In this document: positions 8,887-16,077 of the stretch, in pieces | Numbering within the stretch: the stretch's first letter is position 1 | How the letters are laid out: every line of letters begins with the position of its first letter | DNA from: a virus | Taxonomy: Duplodnaviria > Caudoviricetes | Virus record (IMG/VR): IMGVR_UViG_3300046698_000093 | Coordinates: 1-44,662 of that record | Strand: one strand, 5' to 3' | DNA: 44,662 nt | Position numbers and translations under genes: made by a program | The notes under the pieces: generated by a model | The model's database searches: none | Told to the model about the DNA's origin: nothing | The model's input: the letters and a program-made list of their open reading frames with translations, nothing else

Positions 8887-9765
8887 TCACACTCTCCCCC
8901 ACATCTCGCGAGTGGCGGGCTTGACCTTCACCCAAGCGGCACCGAGAGTTACAGGCTCATATCCCTTCTGTTCACCATAACTCGTGACACCTTGAGCGTA
9001 GGTCTTGAGGTATGAACCGGAGATCACGCCCAGGCGGGTTCGGTTCCTGATCTTGGTACAGTCTTCGTTGGCGCAGAGGGGCGTCAGCCGGGCACCCATC
9101 TGGTCATGTACATGGCCCATGAAGAATACGTCAGCCTCAAAATTCCGCATGAAGCTGACGAGGCGGTTGATCTTACCGCCCTTGGTCTGGGCACCTCCCG
9201 CTCCATGATGACACCAGACACGGAAGGAATTCTGCTCGTTGTACCGGACAGGCCCACGACGAGGGGGGAATGTTGCCCGGAGTTCGGGCGTCTTGATGCC
9301 CGTAGTTCGGCAGAACACTACGTCCATAAAGCAAGAATAGCCCAGGTCGGCGACACCGAGTTCGGTGCAGAGCCAGCCGTGGAGGTCTTCCTGCTGCTGT
9401 CGCCGCATGTACTGTTTCTCGTGGTTGCCAACGATCAGACCCAGGCACTTGTGGGTGATGGGCCGAAACAAGTCCCTGATCTGCGTGTACGTCACCTTGC
9501 CCAGCCGGGCCAAGTCCTGCACCGTTACGTGCTCGGCTACAGCATCCGGGTCGAACCGTTTGGCGTCACCGAATCCGATGAACTCGCCATAGTCACCGCC
9601 GCCGATCCAGAAGGTGAAGGGGTCCGCGAGTATCTCCGCGATCTGCTTGCGGACTTCCTTCTCGGCACAGGCTTTTGCCAACCAATGTATATCCGAAAAG
9701 TAGACCAGTTTGAATTCGTCGTTCCTCGACGAATGCCAGATGTATCGTTTTCCCGCGGCTTGCAT
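8887..9765 (-). CDS. Calcineurin-like metallophosphoesterase
   Basis: All five motifs are present: SDIH, GGDYGE, GNHE, HHG, GHVH. Confidence 0.9.
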   Translation of the reverse strand: MQAAGKRYIWHSSRNDEFKLVYFSDIHWLAKACAEKEVRKQIAEILADPFTFWIGGGDYGEFIGFGDAKRFDPDAVAEHVTVQDLARLGKVTYTQIRDLFRPITHKCLGLIVGNHEKQYMRRQQQEDLHGWLCTELGVADLGYSCFMDVVFCRTTGIKTPELRATFPPRRGPVRYNEQNSFRVWCHHGAGGAQTKGGKINRLVSFMRNFEADVFFMGHVHDQMGARLTPLCANEDCTKIRNRTRLGVISGSYLKTYAQGVTSYGEQKGYEPVTLGAAWVKVKPATREMWGRV

Positions 9766-9941
9766 TATGCACCTCTCAATTCAAATTGTGCCCGGAGCGT
9801 TGCCAATTCTGCCAATTCACAATCCGTGAAGGGTATGTCTCCGGGCATCTTTCGACGGTGTTCAAGAACTGTTCGACGCCGATCTTCGATATTGTACAAT
9901 TCCCGCTTGAGCATCTTCTCAATGAGGGCCTGTTCGAGCAT
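9765..9941 (-). CDS. Small hypothetical protein (58 aa, MLEQALIEKMLKREL...)
   Basis: Not in the ORF track; TAATG overlaps at both ends; AGGAGG upstream. Confidence 0.7.
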   Translation of the reverse strand: MLEQALIEKMLKRELYNIEDRRRTVLEHRRKMPGDIPFTDCELAELATLRAQFELRGA

Positions 9942-10951
9942 TACCTTTCCTCCTGTGCTACTTGGGCCAGAGCCACGACGCGAAGGATCGCCTGATCGAA
10001 ATTCGGTTCGATGGTCGTAAAGTTCCGGCAGAATAGATGCTCGTTAAAGACACGCGGACTGGCGCAGAGGATCACGGGCTTCTTGAAACCGATTGCCGCG
10101 GCACCCATTTCCATGAGAGAGCCGATGGACTGACGGAATGGTTCGTAGGGGAAATGGGCGAGAACGCAATCGGATACTTTGATGTCCATTTCGTCCCTGC
10201 TGGCGATCTCCGGGGCGGCAAGCTGGCCCTTGTAGCTCAGACCTTGATTACTGACATCACTTCGAGTCTTGCCACGGAGGGGATTCAAAGTTCGTATACC
10301 ATACCGGGCGAAGTTGGCGGTCGCTATCTCCCGCCATTCGTAGTCGATCTCCTGACCAGTGATCGGCCCGCAGAGATAGACGGTGAAGGGCTTGCCGGTC
10401 AGGGGCATCGGTCCCTGTGTACCTTCGGGCACCCGGATCAAATGAATTAAGCCGCCAGGCCCGTATTGCACGGGGCCAGGAACCATCTTGATCGGTGCCC
10501 CGGCCGGGATATCTTCGGCGGCGAAAGCGCCAGTGCCATTGAAGGCGTCAAGGTCGGCCTTGATCTTGGCTTCTACCGACGCAGAACGGGCGACGTACTT
10601 GGGCATGTCGTCCAGCGAGGCAGGCAGGCGACCAGCCTTGATCTCCTCCTCGTAGTGGAGGATGAATCCGGCGTTAGTGCGGATCGCGGCCATGTGATCC
10701 TCGTCGGCTTTGCCCAACTTATAGGCTTCAAGATGCCGGGCAAGGGATGCCACACATTCAGATATGGGCATACCTGCTTCCCAGTTCCGGGGCCGGTACT
10801 TCTTGGCACCAAGGGCTAACCACGCGCCTTCACGGGTGTTAGCATGAGGGGAAATCAAGTCGGGTCGGGGCTTGAAGTCGCCCCGGTCTCTGACGGTCCC
10901 TGTTTCAAACTGTCGTCGTTCGCCACTGTCTTGCATGGTTGGTTCTTCCAT
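9941..10951 (-). CDS. Fusion of a dATP/dGTP diphosphohydrolase domain (DUF5664-type) and a nucleoside 2'-deoxyribosyltransferase/N-glycosidase domain
   Basis: N-terminal DSGERRQFETGTVRD...KPRPDLI...GAKKYRPRNWEAG...SLARHL...EDHMAA; C-terminal VYLCGPI...LNP...RDEMDIKVSDCVLA...IGSLMEMG...KPVI. The start may be 10936. Confidence 0.85.
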   Translation of the reverse strand: MEEPTMQDSGERRQFETGTVRDRGDFKPRPDLISPHANTREGAWLALGAKKYRPRNWEAGMPISECVASLARHLEAYKLGKADEDHMAAIRTNAGFILHYEEEIKAGRLPASLDDMPKYVARSASVEAKIKADLDAFNGTGAFAAEDIPAGAPIKMVPGPVQYGPGGLIHLIRVPEGTQGPMPLTGKPFTVYLCGPITGQEIDYEWREIATANFARYGIRTLNPLRGKTRSDVSNQGLSYKGQLAAPEIASRDEMDIKVSDCVLAHFPYEPFRQSIGSLMEMGAAAIGFKKPVILCASPRVFNEHLFCRNFTTIEPNFDQAILRVVALAQVAQEER

Positions 10952-11037
10952 TGTATCCTACTCCAGTTAGATTCCCACTTCTTTCTATCAACCGGCCGGG
11001 GACGATCCCCTTTGCCGTATGATGACGGTCCGTGCAT
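10855..11037 (-). CDS. Small phage protein (GKGDRPRPVDRKKWESNWSRI)
   Basis: TAATG-coupled to the primase stop; motif of a kind often seen in small phage ORFs. Confidence 0.55.
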   Translation of the reverse strand: MHGPSSYGKGDRPRPVDRKKWESNWSRIQWKNQPCKTVANDDSLKQGPSETGATSSPDPT

Positions 11038-13283
11038 TATCGTCTCCCCACCAGGTAGCGGTCCACCGCGTCCTGGGTCAGCTTCACACCTTGGAAACAT
11101 CGGGCTTGTTTGCCCTGAAATATCAAGCGATCTGCAATGATGCCAGGATGGGCCATGCAGAACCGCTGGCTGAACTTCGTGATTGTACCCGCGAATATGC
11201 CCTGATCCTTGCACCAGCGAGCGTAAGCATCGTAGATTGTGGACACCGGCACCTGGGCTTCGGACCCAAACTCACAATATTCATCGGCGAACTCACTCAC
11301 CGGCGAAGACTGTTTACGGAATTCTTCGATCACTGACTGTGAAGAAGCCGGTGCAGTGAAGCCTCCCCGCCGTAGTCTAAGCAATCCCTGGAGTGCCCAG
11401 ACTGCGATGCCTGGCGCTTCCTTGACGATCCTATCTTTGAGCCGCGTATCTTCTCGGCCGTAGAAGGATTCGCCGAAATGCAGGAGAAGCAGGCGTCGAT
11501 CAAGACTGCGTTCGTGGTCCGGTAGATCGGGCATCGAGTTGACGGAGATTGTAAACCGACACGACAGTTTGTGGTCCGAGAGGAACTCTTTGTTTTTGCG
11601 ATTGATACCGACTCCGTCCCGGCCTGAGATTTCTTTGAGGACTTGGAGGGCTTTCGAGGGGTCGCCCCGCTTGGTAATGTGAGCGTCAGGCAGGATAGCT
11701 GCGAGTTTTCCGAGGAGAGGCTGTAAGCCGAAATCCCCGACGAGCGTATCAAAACTTGTAGAAGCAACTTGAGGACTCCCGAGCATGGCCCGTAGAGCTT
11801 CAAGGACGGTTCCCTTTCCAGCCCCTGGCCGACCGATAAAGAACATGAGTTTTTCTTGGCTTGTGTCTGCAACCAAGTTGTATCCAAACCACTCTTGGAG
11901 AAGGGCAATTTTTTCTGGGTCATTTGGGAATACCTCTTGTAATAACTTCGTCCAGGTCGGGCACGTCGCCGCCGCGTGATATTCATAGGGCATCGCTGTC
12001 ATTGAAAAGAACTTCGGTGTCACCGGCTCTGGCGTCAAGTCCGGCAGCGTCAACCAACCATTCTTGAACACCACCATATCTTGAGGCTGGGCGTGTTCAT
12101 CGTCGTCCAACCAGCACGGAGCATCCTTATAGATCGGGCAGGTCATGGATAGGGCGTCGATGATGTCGCTTACTTCATGGGCATTTGCTTCAAACGGCGT
12201 GATCGTGACTTCACCTTTACTGTTGAACTTTTTGACGGTCTTGCCTTTGAGAAAGCTATACAAGTCACCCCGGAGGAAAGTGGCACTGTCCACTTTAGTA
12301 TACTTTGCCCCGTCAAATCTGTAGTAACTACTTGCATACTGTCGGAGAATCGGAAGCCCTTCAAGATAATGTCGCTCTCGTAACCAGCGATCCGCAATGG
12401 CAAGTGGGGCGGCTGATTCCAATAGGTCAGATGCACTTGTTGTGACACCCGCCATCTTGATCGCTTCTTCAAGGCCCGTTCGGTCAAGGCCAGATCGCAC
12501 CCAGGCCCGGAGGTCTTTGATCCCGTCCGGGGGCAGGAGCTTAACGACGCTCTTGCATTTAGATTTGAGGGTTTCATACGTCTTCTCCATGCCGAGGCGA
12601 CCAGTCCCGGCGTCATTCTCACCGATGACTACGACATCCCGACCGACTAGAAGATCGGCGAGGAAGGACATGCCTCCCGTCGCGGAGGGCTTTCCGACTC
12701 CTCCAAACCCCAGATCGTGAGCGGCGGCTGTGTCGGACTGCCCCTCAACGACAAGCACCGGCAGAGTGGAGGAGGCGAGAATTCCACCCCCAACTTTCGA
12801 CACGCGACCAGATGACTTACGTATATGCAGATAGCCTGCGTCACCCATTGGTCGAACTGCCCCTTCCGGGGTCCGTCCACATAGCACCGCTTGAGGATCG
12901 CTCGGGCACTCAGATGAGACCATACACCAATGGGTGCGTCCGCAGATTGGACAGGGATAGTCCTCCGAACATCGCGTCCAGTTGTGCGAGCCGGGGATGT
13001 ACTTTTCCGAGTCCGGGTTGTAGTCTTGCGAGATCGCATACGTGAGTCCTCTCTTGCCGCCTTTGATGTCGTATTTCTTACCATTCGGATAGCGTCGGAC
13101 TAGTCCAATGACCCGACCTTCGGCGTCCCGCTCGGGGAATACCCAGCACTCGTCAAGCGGAATCCAGCCGATCCCGATGGAATACAGGGCATCAGATGAC
13201 ACACCCAAGTCTTTCGCAAGGTGGGCGACCATCGCGGGCCACGCATTCTTCTGATAACTTATAAGGTCTTCGGTGAAGTCCAT
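11037..13283 (-). CDS. DNA primase-helicase (TOPRIM primase, Zn finger, D5/P4-alpha-like SF3 helicase)
   Basis: TOPRIM VLVVEGQSD...IGENDAG; CPICGRTHWC; D5-like PYEYHAAATCPTW...LLQEWFGY; Walker A GRPGAGKGT; winged-helix-like tail IYDAYARWC. Start placed at 13283 because the track start 13322 lies inside the tRNA-like element. Confidence 0.9.
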   Translation of the reverse strand: MDFTEDLISYQKNAWPAMVAHLAKDLGVSSDALYSIGIGWIPLDECWVFPERDAEGRVIGLVRRYPNGKKYDIKGGKRGLTYAISQDYNPDSEKYIPGSHNWTRCSEDYPCPICGRTHWCMVSSECPSDPQAVLCGRTPEGAVRPMGDAGYLHIRKSSGRVSKVGGGILASSTLPVLVVEGQSDTAAAHDLGFGGVGKPSATGGMSFLADLLVGRDVVVIGENDAGTGRLGMEKTYETLKSKCKSVVKLLPPDGIKDLRAWVRSGLDRTGLEEAIKMAGVTTSASDLLESAAPLAIADRWLRERHYLEGLPILRQYASSYYRFDGAKYTKVDSATFLRGDLYSFLKGKTVKKFNSKGEVTITPFEANAHEVSDIIDALSMTCPIYKDAPCWLDDDEHAQPQDMVVFKNGWLTLPDLTPEPVTPKFFSMTAMPYEYHAAATCPTWTKLLQEVFPNDPEKIALLQEWFGYNLVADTSQEKLMFFIGRPGAGKGTVLEALRAMLGSPQVASTSFDTLVGDFGLQPLLGKLAAILPDAHITKRGDPSKALQVLKEISGRDGVGINRKNKEFLSDHKLSCRFTISVNSMPDLPDHERSLDRRLLLLHFGESFYGREDTRLKDRIVKEAPGIAVWALQGLLRLRRGGFTAPASSQSVIEEFRKQSSPVSEFADEYCEFGSEAQVPVSTIYDAYARWCKDQGIFAGTITKFSQRFCMAHPGIIADRLIFQGKQARCFQGVKLTQDAVDRYLVGRR

Positions 13284-13295
13284 CGTATTCTCTAC

Positions 13296-13367
13296 GCTGC
13301 CATGCAGGACTCGAACCTGCATCTAGTTCCGAACGGGAACCATCCTACCAATTGGACGAATGGCAGC
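13296..13367 (-). tRNA. tRNA-like RNA / atypical tRNA (8-bp acceptor stem, 5-nt anticodon loop CGUUC, no encoded CCA)
   Basis: Minus strand reads GCTGCCAT TC GTCC-AATTGGTA-GGAT G GTTCC-CGTTC-GGAAC TAGAT GCAGG-TTCGAGT-CCTGC ATGGCAGC. Confidence 0.8.
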
Positions 13368-13382
13368 AAGGCGAAGGGCTAA

Positions 13383-13562
13383 CTACTTGAGCGGCCGACC
13401 AACCTTGCGGATCGTCTTGCCATGCTCAATGAGCACACGACGGATCACGACGACGTTGAAACCGTGGACATCGCCGATGATCTTCATGCCTACCCCGGCG
13501 TCGTATCGTTCGCATATCTTGCGAACCTGGGCCGGGGAAACTTCTCTACGTTGTCGTGACAT
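13383..13562 (-). CDS. Small helix-turn-helix DNA-binding protein
   Basis: ICERYDAGVGMKIIGDVHGFNVVVIRRVLIEHG...GRP pattern; GGAG RBS. Confidence 0.7.
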   Translation of the reverse strand: MSRQRREVSPAQVRKICERYDAGVGMKIIGDVHGFNVVVIRRVLIEHGKTIRKVGRPLK

Positions 13563-13577
13563 TGGATTCTCCAAAGA

Positions 13578-13638
13578 GTCCCGGCGACCCGGCCCGCCAG
13601 CACACACCGCTGGGCATTCGGGCCGGGGTTGGCCGGGC
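13578..13638 (-). promoter_or_regulatory. Long GC-rich intergenic hairpin (possible processing or stability site)
   Basis: CCCGGC/GCCGGG, CCGGCCCG/CGGGCCGG and CCAGC/GCTGG nested stems; no U tract. Confidence 0.55.
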
Positions 13639-13643
13639 GCAGG

Positions 13644-14501
13644 CTAGAACACGCTGACCTGGGCAAGCACGGCATTCTTGACCGTGAGCCAATCGGCCGA
13701 CGTGAATGCGTCCTCGGCCTTGCCGATCTTCGTTGCTTCGGCGATCCACACCTCGGCGAGCTTCTCGTCCGTGATATCCTTCTGCTTCAACTCGCTGACG
13801 CTGGCCCAGGCCGAGTCCTTGGTTTCAATGGTAGCGGGTGCAGTAGGAGTAACGACGGTTGGCACAGCCGGGGCCACAACCGTGGTAGGAGTAGTCCCGG
13901 CAACCGGAGGAGGGTTTGTCGCCGGTGCCTTCGCTTTCTGGCTCTTGGGCGGTGCCTTGACCTTGGCCGACGCCGGTGCCTTGGCGGGAACCGCTGCGAC
14001 CGTTGTACCTTGGAGTGCGCCGCCCAACTTGGCGGTCAGCCCGGCCAGTTTGGTCGCGTCGAACTTGGGCAATTGCTTCACGGGGTTCGCATCGGCGGTG
14101 TCGATCCACGAAACCTGGAGAGACTTCTGGCCATTGTATTCGTGGTCGTCCACGCGGAACAGGATCAAGGTTTCACTGGTCTTGAGGTCGGCGAGACCTT
14201 GGAAGTCCAGACCGTTCCAGCCGAAGACCTTCTTGATCTGCTTGGCGTTCAGGCATTCCTTCCAGCCGGTTTCGGATTTGTTGTCGGTGGTGAACAGCAC
14301 GAGGTAGGCCGTGATGTCCTGGTCGAAGTCGCCCCAGGCGACGTAGCCCGGCTCGTGGTTTCCGGTCAATTCGCCGTTGGCGTCATAGAATTCAAGGGCC
14401 TGAATCGTGGCAACCCATTGGGGGAAGCCATTGCGGGTTTCGGATACACCGTGATCCGTCACCTTGCCCCGGAACGTGCCGGGTCTGTCAATCGCATTCA
14501 T
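13644..14501 (-). CDS. Putative ssDNA-binding protein (DUF669-like OB fold with Pro/Ala linker)
   Basis: PGTFRGKVTDHGVSET N-terminus and HEYNGQKSLQVSWI; lies downstream of the Sak4-like ATPase and exonuclease. Confidence 0.6.
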   Translation of the reverse strand: MNAIDRPGTFRGKVTDHGVSETRNGFPQWVATIQALEFYDANGELTGNHEPGYVAWGDFDQDITAYLVLFTTDNKSETGWKECLNAKQIKKVFGWNGLDFQGLADLKTSETLILFRVDDHEYNGQKSLQVSWIDTADANPVKQLPKFDATKLAGLTAKLGGALQGTTVAAVPAKAPASAKVKAPPKSQKAKAPATNPPPVAGTTPTTVVAPAVPTVVTPTAPATIETKDSAWASVSELKQKDITDEKLAEVWIAEATKIGKAEDAFTSADWLTVKNAVLAQVSVF

Positions 14502-14543
14502 AGTTCTCTCCGTCCATTTAGGACTTGTAAAAGGTAGATATAC

Positions 14544-14571
14544 ATCTTACCACAATTGTTCGGGTTGTCAA
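14544..14571 (-). promoter_or_regulatory. Sigma70-type promoter
   Basis: TTGACA-16 nt-TAAGAT with a TG extension. Confidence 0.65.
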
Positions 14572-14574
14572 GAC

Positions 14575-14904
14575 CTAATCGCGAATAATTCCCACGATGT
14601 CTGTGATGTCGCACAGCGAACAGGCCACGCCGTCATCCAGGATGACCGGGTACGGGATCGTGCGGTTAGTCGCACCCCGGCCCTGCTGAACCTGGGTCAC
14701 ATGCTGGGCCAGCATGACGCGATCCCCAGTCCTGACATCCGGCGTGATCTGCTTACCGCCGTCCCACCGGCCAGGGCCGACCGCCCGCACGACGCCAGTG
14801 ACGAAGGTATCTCCGAAGCCATCAGGTAGAACCAGCCCACCCGGAGTCTTCTTGTTAGTTGGGTCCAGTACGACGGTGACGAACGCATGGATAGGACTGA
14901 ACAT
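14575..14904 (-). CDS. groES: GroES-like co-chaperonin
   Basis: KTPGGLVLP mobile loop; GVVRAVGPGR...DVRTGDRVML; C-terminal DIVGII. Confidence 0.85.
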   Translation of the reverse strand: MFSPIHAFVTVVLDPTNKKTPGGLVLPDGFGDTFVTGVVRAVGPGRWDGGKQITPDVRTGDRVMLAQHVTQVQQGRGATNRTIPYPVILDDGVACSLCDITDIVGIIRD

Positions 14905-15825
14905 TTACTTCTCCTCGGTTGGGAACAATATCTGCCACAGAGAATCATCGGCCGGGGTCTCGAACGAGATCACGGCGTCGGTTAGGGTCCGGGTCTTGGC
15001 GAAGTACGACGGGTCGGACGGCATGGTGAAGATCGCCCTAGTTGTGGCACCGCTGATCTTCCCGGCGTGATCCTTGACGTGCCCTTTGTTGTCCACTTCC
15101 GACCGGGCACCCGTCACCTGCTGGCTTATGTAGTCAATTTTGAATACATGGTCGGCCCACTCGCAGGCAAAGCCCCGCGTTGTGAAGGACTGCTTACTGT
15201 CCGGGCCGGGCGAGTAAAGCTTCGGCCCGTCCTGGAGATAGTTGCCGCCGCTGGCGTTGGCGATCACGACAGGGCATTGCTGGCAAAGCACCACAACGTT
15301 TTTGCCCTGCCGCACGAGGCCGTCCAGGTCCGAGAATACCAGCCGCATCACGTCGAACATGTGCTGGTAGCCCTTGCCGTAACCGTAGTCTTCGATCCGC
15401 TGGACGCGGCTGCCCTTCTCGTGGGGGATCGTGTCGATGACATTCTGCATGGCAAGAAGCTCCAGCATGGTGCCGGTGTCGATCACGACTGTCTTGGCGT
15501 CGGCGAATAGGCCGGGCTGGTGCAGGGCATCGCGGACATCCTGGAACGTTTCGACGCCGGGGATGCGGCGGATCGGTTCGCCTGTCTTGGGGTTGCGAAC
15601 CATTCGGCCGCCGTCGTCAAGCCCGATGAATACCGGGGCCGGGGCCATAGACGCCAGCGTGGTCTTGCCCTTGCCACTGGCCGCGTAGATGATGAACTTC
15701 TGGCCTTCGCCCTTGCCGTCCCAGGTTTCGACCTTGAAGGTCTTAGCGGGTTGCTTCTGGACCTGGGGTGCCGTCGGAGCCTTGGGGGGTAACTTCGTTT
15801 TGATCGGTGGGGGTAGCGGGGGCAT
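14905..15825 (-). CDS. AAA_24 / Sak4-like ATPase (recombinase)
   Basis: IYAASGKGKTTLAS Walker A, TVVIDT Walker B, GYGKGY, EWADHV, AKTR. Confidence 0.85.
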   Translation of the reverse strand: MPPLPPPIKTKLPPKAPTAPQVQKQPAKTFKVETWDGKGEGQKFIIYAASGKGKTTLASMAPAPVFIGLDDGGRMVRNPKTGEPIRRIPGVETFQDVRDALHQPGLFADAKTVVIDTGTMLELLAMQNVIDTIPHEKGSRVQRIEDYGYGKGYQHMFDVMRLVFSDLDGLVRQGKNVVVLCQQCPVVIANASGGNYLQDGPKLYSPGPDSKQSFTTRGFACEWADHVFKIDYISQQVTGARSEVDNKGHVKDHAGKISGATTRAIFTMPSDPSYFAKTRTLTDAVISFETPADDSLWQILFPTEEK

Positions 15826-16075
15826 TAGTTTTCTCCGGTTGGGTTATCGCACGTAAACTATGGTACAAGGTATCCACAGAACGAGACCAGGGTTCTTGAT
15901 CGTTCTCCAATTCCGATATAATGGTACGACATAGAAATAGTAGCCAACCACCCTCTAACGCACTATCCATATTACGAATAAGGTAGCCGAATTCTTCCGG
16001 TGTGATCTGTGGAAGATCAACACTAAACGAAGAAGTCGTATCGTCGCATTCGATTCTAAATTCCATATGTTCCAT
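15743..16075 (-). CDS. Hypothetical protein
   Basis: GAGG RBS before MEHMEFRIECDD; fills the gap between the exonuclease and the ATPase. Confidence 0.55.
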   Translation of the reverse strand: MEHMEFRIECDDTTSSFSVDLPQITPEEFGYLIRNMDSALEGGWLLFLCRTIISELENDQEPWSRSVDTLYHSLRAITQPEKTNAPATPTDQNEVTPQGSDGTPGPEATR

Positions 16076-16077
16076 GA

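Noticed and set aside
9941-10951. 2-aminoadenine (Z) genome pathway
   Set aside because: No PurZ/adenylosuccinate synthetase-like or HD-domain dATPase ORF was recognised; the diphosphohydrolase domain alone is insufficient.
13296-13367. Calling this a functional tRNA-Asn(GTT) or tRNA-His
   Set aside because: A 7-nt loop requires opening a stem pair and gives C33/C37; the His-like extra acceptor pair conflicts with the GTT triplet.
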